The translations under genes and the position numbers were made by a program. Under the pieces are notes generated by a model. The model searched no databases, was not told where the DNA came from, and saw only the letters and a program-made list of their open reading frames with translations. DNA of 64,000 nucleotides from Octopus sinensis (Eukaryota). Location: assembly GCF_006345805.1 (NCBI RefSeq), contig NC_043003.1, positions 89,528,001-89,592,000 of the forward strand, given 5' to 3'. Shown here in pieces: positions 1 through 14,341 of this stretch (its first letter is position 1; every line of letters starts with the position of its first letter).

Positions 1-623
1 TAAAACAATTAGCGAAAGCATGGTATCTGCCACCAGCTCATACATGCTTGTTAGTAATGGATATGGCGCTTCTTTTAAAGATAAAAATAATCGTTAGTAC
101 GTTTGCAACGAACAAACAGCATCGAAAAAGGTACACCTTGTGTTTATTGGTTTCTTATGTAACTTACACAGTTTCTGTTGTTGTCTTCAGTATTAGTGGT
201 CATGTAGTTAAATTATACGACGATGGCAATGATGATGATCAGTACCTTTGAAGTGGCTCGGGATACAAACCTCCAGTTGACTTGCATTCTGATCTATTGT
301 CTCTGTTGTTACATCAAACTATGAATATTTAGAGCGATTTAACAAACCCCAGACATGGTTGTATAAGTTGGTTTGATATTTACGTATGGAAACAGTAGTT
401 GAACGCACGGAGAGATGTTAAACTATCGTAAATCTATTCACCAGCAGGCTTTCGGAATAACTACCTCGAGTAAAACAGAATTTTTTTTTAACCACTGGGA
501 ATTTTCCGACATTTTATTGCATCTCATACTGCGTAACACTTGTAAATCGCTTTTATTATAAAAATGTTTTTCAAATTTCTCAGCTCCCCACCACTACCAT
601 CATTCCTTCGGAATAGCTGCCGC

Positions 624-1406
624 GGATCTTTTCCTTTTGAACGGCAGTTTTCAACATAATTTCTAGTTAACTAAACACTTTTAAACTTCGTATACTGGTA
701 GAATGTGTCAAAATATAACATTTTTTTCTCTTGGCTTTCTTGAGAAAATTGTAATTTGTAAGTTTAACGTAGTTTAATTTTTCGAATTTTAACCAATCCT
801 ATGGCCTCTATTGAGCTAAAATAATTTGCTACGTCTAAAACAGAGACAACATCCTGTCACTAACCCTAACCCTAACCCTCACCCTAATTCTAACCCTAAC
901 CCTAAATTTTAGCCTTTCGTTTATTTTTTCTTAATTGTTAAATTAATTTAATTGTTACGCGCGTGTCTAAAATTATTCGTTTTATTTTTGTTTTGAGTTT
1001 TTTCTTTCGTTTTAGCCTTTCGTTTTTTTTTTAATTGTTAAATTAAAATTATTTACCATTGCTTTCGTTTTAGCCTTTCGTTTTTTTTTTCTTGTTAATT
1101 TAACAATTAAGAAAAAAAAAACGAAAGGCTAAAATTTAGGGTTAGGGTTAGGGTGAGAGTTAGGGTTAGTGACAGGATGTTGTCTCAGTTTTAGACGCAG
1201 CAAATGATTTTAGCTCAATAGAGGCCATAGGATTGGTTAAAATTCGAAAAATTAAACTACGTTAAACTTACAAGTTACAATTTTCTCAAGAAAGCCAAAA
1301 GAAAAAAAATGTTTTATTTTGACACATTCTACCAGTATACGAAGTTTAAAAGTGTTTAGTTAACTAGAAATTATGTTGAAAACTACCGTTCAAAAGGAAA
1401 AGATCC
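624..1406. mobile_element. Non-autonomous foldback DNA transposon (Merlin-like MITE) with ~320-bp TIRs containing telomeric repeats
   Basis: Left arm 624-~945 (GGATCTTTTCC...) is the reverse complement of right arm ~1093-1406 (...GGAAAAGATCC). 8-bp direct repeat GCTGCCGC at 616-623 and 1407-1414. GG...CC termini with an 8-bp TSD fit Merlin/IS1016; hAT also makes 8-bp TSDs. Confidence 0.88.
860..1170. repeat. Interstitial telomere-like repeats (CCCTAA)n at 860-905 and (TTAGGG)n at ~1135-1170 inside the MITE arms
   Basis: Direct reading: ctaaccctaaccctaaccctcaccctaattctaaccctaaccctaa and tttagggttagggttagggtgagagttagggttag. Confidence 0.9.
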
Positions 1407-1619
1407 GCTGCCGCAATTAATTTTTTTCTCTTTCGCTATTTTTCATCAGTCTAGTATCCCATCCACACGCTGAAATACTTCTGAGACTTGTAATTTGTAT
1501 CTAAACATTTCTGCTTAACGAAAATTATCAAGTAATTCCTATTGAATGCAATCAGTCAAAACCATGTTATATACATATGCATGTATGCACACACACACAC
1601 GCACACGCACTCACACACA

Positions 1620-1698
<79 letters not shown>

Positions 1699-2171
1699 TC
1701 TGTCTTGCTTTGTCGCAAGGTCTGCTTGAGACTGAGTTGAGCTGGTCAATTAAGATATACTTCGGAAGTATATGTCACCATTACCGAAGTGGGTGGCTTT
1801 GTCAACATTGTGTAAAGTGTACATGTGGATGTTGTTGTTGGCTGCGAGAATAATAACCGGTACAAACTCACGAACGTTTAACTTGAACATCATGATATTT
1901 TGTTGTTGGTTATTTACAGTGAACAACATTAACAATTGCCGATGGAAGAGAGAGAAAAACTGATCTGAAAATATAGAAAACTATCTGTGTGACATGCGGT
2001 CAACCCCCCCCCCCCCCCCCAGAAGACAAGAAAGTCATCCGCGCAAATCTCCTAAAGGATCTTTGACATTAGTGGTCTGCGAGCCGTCTGAGGGTCTCTG
2101 CGCCCTGAGTTAGGCGTCAAACGGTTCTTATGGAAGGAAGAGATTACATTTTTGAACTATATATACATTAG

Positions 2172-2207
<36 letters not shown>

Positions 2208-2648
2208 ATCACGTGAAACTATAGTGGCTTACTCGTGGTGCCCCTACCAAATAGCTAACGGTTAGGGTTCGAATCCCTGTTACACATTCATTACTTCATA
2301 CGTCTAACAGTAAACAAGTACTACAGGTCTTACTGTAGCCAGCATCGCTTACACCACATCATCTGCTCGAATCAACAAAGATTCCACGTCATCGTTCGAC
2401 CTGTTAGAAATATCAGCTAACCCCCGCTGAAATTACACAATGTCGTATGAAAAAGAATAAAATAAAGGAAAAGAGAAATATGGTTCGAAGTAGAAGCTAA
2501 TGTATTCCTAAATACAATAAAGCGATGGTTCCTGCTAGAACAATGTTCGTCGTAAGTATGCTCAAGCAGGTTTGATCCGAGGCTTCTGCAGAATCATCAC
2601 TTTCCTTTTACCATTATCATCATCATAGCCATCACTACTACTACTACT

Positions 2649-3606
2649 GGATCTTTTCTTTTTGAAGGCCAGATTTTCCTAGTTAACTAAAAAATTTGAA
2701 ACTTCGTATACTGGTAGAATGTGTCAAAAGAAAACATTATTGTAAACAAAATTGAAAACAAAATTGTAATTCGTAACTTAAACGTAGTTTAATTTTAAGA
2801 ATTTTAACCAATGAAATCGCAGCATTCGAGCTCAAATTATTTACCTCTTCTTCTGTCTTCTACATGTGCTAGAAATAACAGCTATATCTCTTAAATCGAT
2901 TAATTTCGTCGCCCAATAAAAATATTGACGATATTTTTTGAATATTTTCTTTATTTATTTTTTTTTACCGAAAAGGCTTCTCCCATAGTTTTGAAGGGCC
3001 AGAAACAACAAAAACAAAACAATAATATGCCTAAATCGCTCTCGAGTTTGCGCGTGGAGTGTTAGTAGTATTGTTAAAATTTGCGAAATATTTTTTCATA
3101 AAAGGATGCCCCCAGCTTGTCGGAAGCTGTGATATAAATTGGGAAAAAATCCTCGACACCAGTGCGTAATTGGTACTTAATTTATCGACCCCGAAACGAT
3201 GAAACATTGACCCCACCCCACCTTCTGTGCAAATTTGTTGCGGCAAGTGGCAAAACACGAACGTGTATTTTTGCTTGTGTGCGTATGTGTGTGTATGTAT
3301 ATGTCAGTTTGTATGTGTGTGTACGCTTATATATTAATTACTATGTGCTTGTGCAAATGTGCGTGTGTGTGTGTGTCGTGTGTGTCGTGCGTTTGCTATA
3401 TTTCTTTATAAATATCGATAACGCAGCAATGTTGGGATTTCATTGGTTAAAATTCGTAAAAATTAAACTACGTTTAAGTTACAAATTACCATTTTGTTTT
3501 CAATTTTGTTTACAATAATGTTTTCTTTTGACACATTCTACCAGTATACGAAGTTTCAAATTTTTTAGTTAACTAGGAAAATCTGGCCTTCAAAAAGAAA
3601 AGATCC
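2649..3606. mobile_element. Second MITE of the same Merlin-like family (~170-bp TIRs)
   Basis: Termini GGATCTTTTCTTTTTGAAGG (2649) and CCTTCAAAAAGAAAAGATCC (3606). Flanked by CTACTACT on both sides (2641-2648, 3607-3614). Arms homologous to the 624-1406 element. Confidence 0.85.
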
Positions 3607-3630
3607 CTACTACTACTACTACTACTACTA

Positions 3631-3681
<51 letters not shown>

Positions 3682-4322
3682 CACTACTACTCATTATCAC
3701 TCACTGCTAACAGTCGATTTGATTAACCTTTTCCCACTTAAGACCTATAGCATCTGTTCCGCTTAAAAACTTTGACAGACTACCACCGTATTTGGTCTCT
3801 TTCTAATCAACCAGCTTGAACTTCTGCTCTCATTCGTCACTGCCTCTCCTTAACCCTCAGTTCTTAACCTCACCTTGCCTCCTAACTGATGATAAGTGTG
3901 AAGAGAAATTCTGTAAGCTATTTATTTTTTCGTACTCTGTTCAATATTATTCCATTATCAGCTACGGTCAGAAGAAAGAAGAAAAAGTACTTTCGGCTTT
4001 TGGTGATTTTTATCTGCTCTCAAAACTGATATTTAAACACAACCAACATTCAGGGATATGTGAAATAAACAGATTTTGTGACGATTTAAGCATCTTTTTA
4101 ATCTGCTTTAGACTTATAGAGGTGAAATGGCCAAATGAATTGATGAGTCGGGAGTGGACGAGTATGTTGAAAAAATTTAATTCGAGATTATCTATGCAAT
4201 TACTAGACAAAAATTTAGCTGGGATATTTTTCTAAAATTTGTTTTTCTCAGGCGGGAAGGCTGTGCCCATGCTTCTTTACAGGCTTCCAAGACTAGTAGT
4301 GGCGGAGGGAGGTATCCTCAAA

Positions 4323-4648
4323 CTAGAAATGGCCCGAATGTTTGCAACAGTGAATTCCGTTTGTTACACGTTCATATCTATATGTATACGTAGGTATACG
4401 TATTGTTACGAACCTGCCGTCGCTCAACTCGAACCCGGGACCCTACAAAAATGGGGAAAATTGATGGTAAATTTTTTTTTAAATCGTAGACTCATCGTAG
4501 ACGTGCGCTAATACCCAGAAGGGCTCGATATGAATCACGACTATAAGATACCCGGTTTTGGTTAAACTGCACCGCAAAATGTGTGAGTAGTTAGGAATCT
4601 AAATCGTAGGAGACAGACAGCACACAACCTCTCTTTTATATATAAAGA
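4323..4648 (-). mobile_element. Probable non-autonomous Helitron
   Basis: Minus-strand 5' end TCTTTATATATAAAAGAGAGG at 4648 and a candidate CTAG 3' end at 4323. Internal aaaatggggaaaattgatggtaaatt resembles the 15371-15746 Helitron. 3' hairpin is weak. Confidence 0.5.
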
Positions 4649-4689
4649 TATATATAATATATATTATATATATATAATATATAATATAT

Positions 4690-4915
4690 ATTATATATAT
4701 ATATCATATTATTCATTAACTACATAAATAGGAACATCCAAATCCAACAGAATAAAACAATATACATCAATAAGTAAGATAATACCATAAAAATAATACA
4801 CATAAAATGGATCTTACAGCTGCTTCAGCCTGTAGATAAAGGTATCTCATTGTGCCTATATTATTCAGACGTATTGAGGTAATATGCAGTTAAAAATGAG
4901 TTACTTATATATATC
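4690..4915 (-). mobile_element. PLE 3' terminal (pLTR) fragment with the 3' half of a hammerhead motif
   Basis: Homologous to 24100-24370. Minus strand 4811-4830 reads GGCT-GAAGC-AGCT-GTA-AGAT; the 5' half is lost at the (TA)n tract. Confidence 0.6.
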
Positions 4916-4982
4916 TCAATATTATATTATATATATATATTATATATATATATATGATATATATATTATATATATATTGCAT

Positions 4983-5073
4983 GCGGCTGAAGAGAACTTT
5001 AAACCATCCGTTATGTCGATTATTCACTGATGTAAGAATATGTCGTTAATAAAGCTTGAAACACGTGTACCGC
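4983..5073 (+). ncRNA. Type I hammerhead ribozyme motif (PLE pLTR-type)
   Basis: GCGG-CTGAAGA-GAACTTTA...TAAAGCTT-GAAAC-ACGT-GTA^CCGC. Stem I GCGG/CCGC, intact core, stem II with one mismatch, palindromic stem III ACACGTGT. Confidence 0.8.
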
Positions 5074-5111
5074 GACATCCTTTGTGTTCTGTTTTTGATT
5101 TCATTTGATAC

Positions 5112-5157
<46 letters not shown>

Positions 5158-5247
5158 TATATATATATATATATAATATATAATATATATATATTATATA
5201 TATATTATATATATTATATATATTATATATATTACATATATTATATA

Positions 5248-5840
5248 CTAGCAGAGATATCCGGCGTTGCCCGGTTACATTCAATAGAAGAATTAGACTT
5301 TTCTGTTATATATATATATGGATACACATACACACACACACAAATATATGTAACATGAAGTTTGTTAAATAAAAGGGGGATCATGTATATACCTCCTGGC
5401 TGTTGAGATTATAACACCTCGTTGTAAACAATGTTCCTTGTTTTTCCTTGTGGAGCATATACAAAAAGGTTTCTTTTGGTTCCTACTCTTGAGCAGCCAA
5501 CATACAGTTGCCTATGCGAGAAGCAGGGCTCTTCCAAGAGAAGACTAGCTACAGAGAGGGTTTGACCCTGAGATTTGTTAATGGACATGGCAAAGCTGAC
5601 ACGAAGGGGTAATTGCAGTCTTCTGAATGTAAATGGAATTTCTGCTCCTGATGGAGTAAGAGGAAATCTTGGAATAAAGACGTCATCACCTTTTCCACAT
5701 CCAGAAAGAATGATCGCCTCGATAACGTGTGATATCATTTTCTTTATCACCAGTCGTGTTCCATTGCAAAGTCTTGGTGGTTCCAGATTGCGGAGTAGCA
5801 TTACAGGAGTTCCAACATAGAGAAAATCTGCCTTTACTCA
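5248..5840 (-). mobile_element. 3' portion of an autonomous Helitron (helicase C-terminus plus 3' hairpin/CTAG end)
   Basis: ORF 5409-5801 has PIF1-like Helitron helicase motifs (MLLRNL..PRLCNGTRL, FAMSINKSQGQTL, CFSHRQLYVGCSRV). Minus-strand end CCGG-GCAACG-CCGG hairpin ... CTAG|T at 5248. Confidence 0.93.
5409..5801 (-). pseudogene. Helitron Rep/Helicase C-terminal fragment
   Basis: 130-aa ORF with SF1B helicase motifs V/VI. Upstream homology ends at the (TA)n tract near 5845. Confidence 0.9.
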
Positions 5841-5845
5841 TAAGA

Positions 5846-5901
<56 letters not shown>

Positions 5902-5909
5902 ATATATAT

Positions 5910-5956
<47 letters not shown>

Positions 5957-6338
5957 AGGAAGAACTCCGTCGGTTACGACGACGAGGGTTCCGGTTGATC
6001 CGAATCAACGGAACAGCCTGCTCGTGAAATTAACGTGTAAGTGGCTGAGCACTCCACAGACACGTGTACCCTTAACGTAGTTCTCGGGGATATTCAGCGT
6101 GACACAGAGAGTGACAAGGCCGGTCCTTTGAAATACAGGTACAACAGAAACAGGAAGTAAGAGTGAGAGAAAGTTGTGGTGAAAGAGTACAGCAGGGATC
6201 ACCACCATCCCCTGCCGGAGCCTCGTGGAGCTTTTAGGTGTTTTCGCTCAATAAACACTCAAAATGCCCGGTCTGGGAATCGAAACCGCGATCCTATGAC
6301 CGCGAGTCCGCTGCCCTAACCACTGGGCCAATGCGCCT

Positions 6339-6340
<2 letters not shown>
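5957..6340 (-). mobile_element. tRNA-derived SINE (family C), full length
   Basis: Head GGAGGCGCATTGGCCCAGTGGTTAGGGCAGCGGACTCGCGG...GGTTTCGATTCCCAGACC with A and B boxes. Homologous to 33531-33840. (GT)n abuts the 5' end. Confidence 0.88.
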
Positions 6341-6379
<39 letters not shown>

Positions 6380-6432
6380 ATATATATATATATAATATAT
6401 TATATATATATATATATACACACACAAATTAG

Positions 6433-6489
<57 letters not shown>

Positions 6490-6491
<2 letters not shown>

Positions 6492-6900
6492 TCTTTGAAA
6501 CAAAGCGCCACCGAGTACAGCATAAAGTGGAAGATAGTGGAGAAATGTAAACCACACTTCAATAGCAGCAGAATAATATACCCACCCTATCTTTTTCCTG
6601 GCTTATGGACTTTTAGACGACTTACGTATATATATATCCATTTTATGCTGTACTCGGTGGCGCTTTCTTCCAAAGACCAAACGTGCTTGGCCAGGGTTGT
6701 GACGCTGTGTCTCTCCGGGATGTTAGAGGAGCACTTGTTGTTGTTAAAGTGGGTTCTGAAGGGGCCTTCGGTTGCACCTACATACACGTTGCAAGTTGTA
6801 TCTGGCTGAGAAAGAGTGATTTTAGAGAGCACACAGGCATTTACCTGAACGGTAGAAGTGAAGTGTTTAATCCTTGCCCACATGAAAGGAAGTACATCTT
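6490..6900. mobile_element. Rearranged PLE GIY-YIG endonuclease fragments in opposite orientations
   Basis: Minus ORF 6587-6883: VYVGATEGPFRTHFNN...TTLAKHVWSL...YSIKW. Plus fragment 6490-6575 encodes the continuation YSIKWKIVEKCKPHF. 41-bp inverted duplication 6490-6530 / 6638-6678. Confidence 0.8.
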
Positions 6901-8291
6901 AAGATACCTGCGTGCCCCATCATGACTACAGTCCCCCAGTCTCGGCTCTCCACCAATACTCTGGAGTCTGGCAAAGAGTTTGACCATAGCATTTACCAAC
7001 GCACCCTCATACAAACACGCACGCCCCACCATCACTAACATAACTCCACACACACACATTGTACTCCTAAACACACTGCATGTACACATAAAGCCCCCAT
7101 AACCTTAACCAATAGAGAAGGAAAACACACTAGCGAACACATCAATGGATACCTACACACCCTGCAAAAGTTACACATACAATACCACTACACATATTCC
7201 ATTCCAACAAGAACACCAACCCGAAAGACGCACACAGTTTCCACAAACACTTCATAACTCTTACCGACCTACAGTGTAACCAACCCAGTAGAGATGTCTC
7301 GGTCTCGGTATCAAGGGACATAACTCTTACCTAAATCCTCCTACCCGGTTCGTTTCATCATCGTTTCACAGCAACAGCAAACCGAATGTGTCCTTTCACC
7401 TTGTAGCGTACTTCGGTGATATCCTCACTGTTTGAGAGACATCATACAAATAATGTCGTGGCAGAGAGCAGCCATCCTTCGGTTGCTTAGGACCAGTTGT
7501 GTCAGCTACTCTGATTGGTTGGTTTTGGTGCAGTTTTATCTCTTGCTTTATTTCGAGCCAATGTGTAAACCAACCAATCACAACCTTCTGATTAGGTCCC
7601 GTGACACAGTCTTTTAGATTTTCTTCTGGAGCCTCTAGAATGTTATAAAACCCAGCGATCCTTTGAATCATTCCTCTTTGGTTCTAGTCCTTCTTACGAC
7701 TAACCTCTGACCACAGAGCAGACAGCCAGTTCCAGCGACTCAGCTTTCTCCACTTTCACCACCGTCGTCTTCATCAATAAGCACGCAGCAACACCGCTCT
7801 AGGCTTAACTTCACGCTGTTGTGAATATTCACCAACGTTAACAGCTCTAGTCTACCTGCGAGAACTTTCTGTGCCAAAGTAACCTGGCATAGGATTGATG
7901 CCTCAACTGCTACACGACATGTATTCAACCGGCTCTCCACTTTGCCACCAATTTCTCTGTTACAGAACCTCTGCTATAATGTGACTCACACCGAACTGGT
8001 ATTTATGAACATCTTGTCTAAACATTCATTTATCCTGAGAGACTCATTTTCTATTGTTCTTTATTATTCTGTACGCACTCACAGACACACACTTGTGTTG
8101 CACATAGACAAACACTCTACAACCTCCAACAATAGTGAGCAGTCGCAATATTTCATTCCATATCAGCTACTCTGATGAACTTAGGATTATATAATCAGAT
8201 TGTTACCTAACACTCCATCGTACCTCTAGTGCGAAACCGATTGATAAGATCAGCCGTGATGGCTACATAAAGCTGTACATTTCGATTATAT

Positions 8292-10247
<1,956 letters not shown>

Positions 10248-10412
10248 TGTATGTATGTATGTATGTATGTATGTATGTATGTATGTCATGCATGTATGTA
10301 TGTATATATAACAAGCAAAATAGCTAGTTCTAAAATCTCAAGAAAAGATAGAGTAATAACGTATACTAAACGGTAAAGCGAGTAGCCATATCAAAGTGAC
10401 AGATGAATGCTA

Positions 10413-10570
10413 CTACTAGTTTAACCCCAGGTGGATTCTCCGCCAGCTGGTTTTCATTGCTAGCTCTGAACCCTTTATATATGATATATACAATATATAT
10501 AGAGAGAGAGGGTGCAGAGCTTGCTCCGAAAACCAGCTGGCGGAGAACTCGCCTGGGATTAAACTAGTAG
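10413..10570. mobile_element. Small MITE with ~43-bp imperfect TIRs and probable TA TSD
   Basis: TA|CTACTAGTTTAACCCCAGGTGGATTCTCCGCCAGCTGGTTTTC ... GAAAACCAGCTGGCGGAGAACTCGCCTGGGATTAAACTAGTAG|TA. Confidence 0.75.
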
Positions 10571-10629
10571 TAACATTCACCTCCCACTTTGGTGTGGCTA
10601 TTCGCTTTACTATATATATATTCTCACGA

Positions 10630-11300
10630 TCATTGCCACGCTGGGCCTCTACCGCACGAGCCCATCCAGTCGCGTTGATTCCCACCTGTCCTATTGCACG
10701 TAACTTTGCTCTAACAATGCATCCCTCGTTTTTAGCCTCAAGGTGTTGGTTGACCTCCAATCTCGTTGCTAAAACTTGGGATACACAGCCAAACCTAAAT
10801 GTCTTCTCTAGAGCTTTAACTAAAGCCCTTTCAAATCTATTTTTTTCTTATTGACTAGCTCTTTACTAAATGTAATAGACTCAAACTTAATGGCATACCA
10901 CCATAAACTCAAACTTTTAAGGGCATACCACCATTTGTTGTTGATAATGGAACCGGTTAATACCCTCATCACTAACTCTCTAATCTAGCTCTTGTACGCC
11001 TCAGTCCAAAAGTGACCTGTTTAGCTTTCAGTAACCGGGTCCCTGTCTACACAAACTATCTAATTCAAGCTTACAGGTCGCCAATTTGTGATCACCGTAG
11101 CTGACGATGTAGAATTGTGGACACCTGACTAAGTTTTTTTCTTTAACTCTAACAAATATCCTATCAAAGTAAGATCTAGAAGACCCGATTCTGTTTGACC
11201 ATGTCCACAATGGAGCGTTCAGGTCTACATCGGTGTGCCAGCTGGAAACGACTGAGCAGAATGTTGAGGCAAAGGAACAAAACTTTTTCTCTCCCATATA
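10630..11300 (-). pseudogene. Tx1/L1-clade LINE ORF2 fragment (end of the APE endonuclease and linker)
   Basis: WTWSNRIGSSRSYFDRIFV...YGDHKL...GPGY(W>stop)KLNRSLL, then NKWWYALK and CIVRAKL. Confidence 0.8.
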
Positions 11301-12483
11301 TTTATAGCTTTTGCGCCAACATAGCGGAAAACATTTGGCTTTAAAGAGCAGTTGTAACCATTGCTCTGATTGGTTAGTTTTTGACGCAAATTGTTCCCTA
11401 AGCAATTGCACCCAAATTACTCCGTAAACCAATCAGACCCACTAAAACGGATCATGTTATTTTGGCGGGATAATCTTGACAGATATCGCGGAGCCTACCA
11501 TTTGCTTTACAAAAAGGATCATAATTTGCTCTGAAAGCAGTCCAGCCTGAATTGCCACCAGGAATCTCTGACTCACGACACAATGCTGTTTTCGCTGTCT
11601 ACGCCACTACGTTTCCACTACATCTAAGTTGCTAACAACTGTTACTCCTATATGATTACTTCTCGCACACGTTATATTCACCAAGCAAGCATGACTTTAA
11701 CGTCCTTTCAGAAACCTTTAAGCTTAGTTTAATGTCGTTTAGTATTCGTGTGGAGTAATGCAACAACCTTTTGCTCTCGTTATAGAACATTTGTCAATGT
11801 ATGTATTACCAGCTCTTTGATATAAACATTTTTGCTATCTTTGTTTATGCCTCCTCACAGACATGTATTATCTAACAAGTCGTTTTCTTAAATTTCACAC
11901 CTCTCCTGTTCAATAAATTACTTGGAAAGCTGGTATTTTACTCCTTTCGTTTTGATGTTTATTTTAGTGGGGTTATTACCTAGACCAATTGGGTTTCCTC
12001 AGTAAAAATTGGTGACTAGTCTGATAACTTACTCTAAAAATAGTTGTTTATTTGTGTGGTAAAAGGTGAGGATATCGTGTTCATAGTACGTGCTTGGAGA
12101 AGTGCATTATATACAAAAAGATTCCTTTAAACACAAGTAGAGCAAAGACCGAGTCTCTTGTGTCCGCTTCTCTTCTCTGAAATCTCTAACCTCTGCGCTG
12201 ATTGTGGCGCACTTTCACTTTTATAACCTCTACTTACGCGGAAACATCTGAAATTTTCGAGAGTATGGGGTGATATTTCTGCATATAATTGGTTAGTATT
12301 CTGAGCAATTGCCTGATCTGATGTGGCCCGATCGTTGTTACTAAGTCTACACAGTTTCAAATCTAGGCCTCGCTACAAAGGAATTGTTTTTAAATCAATT
12401 TTTTTCTGATAATTATGCTTTTTGAAAAATTTTATTTTAGAAATTTACAAGATAAGAATCGATAGCTTATCAACAATTTCACG

Positions 12484-12519
12484 AAGGGGTCAACGATATT
12501 AGAAGTTTGCTGACCCCTG
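12484..12519. mobile_element. Possible single terminus of a hAT-type non-autonomous element
   Basis: AAGTTTGCTGACCCCTG (reverse complement CAGGGGTCAGCAAACTT) with a subterminal AGGGGTCA/TGACCCCT hairpin. No partner TIR found. Confidence 0.35.
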
Positions 12520-12850
12520 ATCTAAGACTTTTTTCAATGTGTTACACCCTTTTAAACACTGTAGGGAAGGTTTCGAAGAGGAAGTTTATTGGGTTACGAA
12601 GTTAAAAAGTATCTTTTGGGCACCTTCCAGTCCGTATACAGTAGATTACAATGTATGCGATCATGTTAAGGAATTTCCAAGCCCAAGTAAGATCTACCCA
12701 CTGCACCCCATCTCTCACAGAGTCTGCAGTAAGGGGATTTAACTATTATTGCTTGTAGCCTGAGCACCCGTGTGAAGATTTCCCCTCTAAAATTAGGGAG
12801 AATTTTAACTCAGAGAAAGTAGTCATCCGTTTCAGAATGTCTTTCAACAG

Positions 12851-12908
<58 letters not shown>

Positions 12909-13084
12909 AGAAGGAAGGAGAGAGAGACAAACAGAGAGGAAAAGAGCAAGAGGGAGTTAACATGTAAATTTAATGGACGGGTTGGGAGAATGTGATTAAA
13001 CTAGGTTTTGAGTTACATTCTATGATAAAAGACAGTCTTAAACGTGGAAAAGATTCATGAAAAATATAAGGATTTTGATCCGTG

Positions 13085-13437
13085 TGCAAGGTGGTCCATT
13101 ACCAACCAATCAATCAACCAGCCAACCAGCCAGCCAGTCAACCAGCCAACCAATCGACCAACTAGCCAAGCCAGCCAACCAACAAGCTAGTCAACCAGCC
13201 AACCAACCAGCCAGCCAGCCAGCCAACCAACCAACCAACCAACTAACCAACCAACCAAGCAGCTAGCCAGCCAGTCAGCCAGCCAACCAACTAACCAACC
13301 AACCAACTAACCAACCAACCAGCCAGCCAACCAACCAACCAACCAACCAACCAACCAACTAACCAACCAACCAACCAACCAACCAGCCAGCCAACCAACC
13401 AACCAGCCAACCAATCAATCTATCAACCAACCAACCC
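13085..13437. repeat. Degenerate (AACC/AGCC)n tetranucleotide repeat
   Basis: Direct reading; explains the spurious QPANQP ORF. Confidence 0.95.
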
Positions 13438-13984
13438 TGGGTGAAATAATGGAGAAAATTAAATTTTTTTGTATCCATTTGATAGTGAATATGCGTTTTA
13501 ATTTCGTTTTGGATTTGGTTTGCAAGATTCTTTATATGAGTTCGTGTGCTGAAGCATATTCTGTTGTGTCTGGGGAGAGCCATTCTCTTTTTGTGCCTCA
13601 CATTGTAACCGGTAGAATTTTAACGTTTTCTTTTTTTAATTTTTAACTTGATGGCTTAATAGTGGTGATGGGTTTGAAAACTTGGCCGCAGTTGGTTGGA
13701 TAAATTTGATGGAAGGAGGTGAAGAGTACCTGCCAAAATAGATACAAAAATAGAAGGCATCGTAAAATGGGAGTGGGGTAGGGTGTAACTGGTTAAGGAG
13801 TGCACATCTGAATATGGGAGATAGTGGTCGTAGTGGTGGTGATGATGGTGTTGGTTGTGGTGGTGGTGATGGTTGTGGTGGTGGTGGTAGTGATCATGAT
13901 GGTGATGGTGTTGAGTGGCTGGAATAAGGTAATGTCAGAGAAAGATGAAAGGATAGTATTGGTAAGAGATAAATTAGCAATAAA

Positions 13985-14021
<37 letters not shown>

Positions 14022-14210
14022 GCTACTACTGCTGCTGCTGCTGTTGTATCAAGTAATAAAGTCGGGGAAGAAAAAATAAATAAAAGAATGGCTGGAGTTA
14101 GAGAGAATTGTTCAAAATAAGAGTGAACAGTAAATGAAATGAGAGAATGAGACGATGGAGTGACAATAAAGAAGACGAGCAGCAAAAAACACACACACAT
14201 ATATATGTAT

Positions 14211-14331
<121 letters not shown>

Positions 14332-14341
14332 TATATATTAT

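Noticed and set aside
140-200. CTGAAGA-CAACAACA-GAAAC-TGT-GTA on the minus strand
   Set aside because: Stem II cannot pair and stem I is poor; at most a decayed hammerhead, so not counted.
3870-3920. CTGATGA...GAAATTCTGTA hammerhead-like string (also the decayed motif at ~8163-8260)
   Set aside because: Stems too degenerate to support; possibly old pLTR relics.
3816-4511. 139-aa and 90-aa ORFs as a possible host gene
   Set aside because: No recognisable motifs or splice context; they overlap repeat-derived sequence.
6265-6340. tRNA-like sequences (also 33531, 35230-35302, 39721)
   Set aside because: A/B boxes are present but they continue into SINE bodies without a proper acceptor stem; SINE heads, not tRNA genes.
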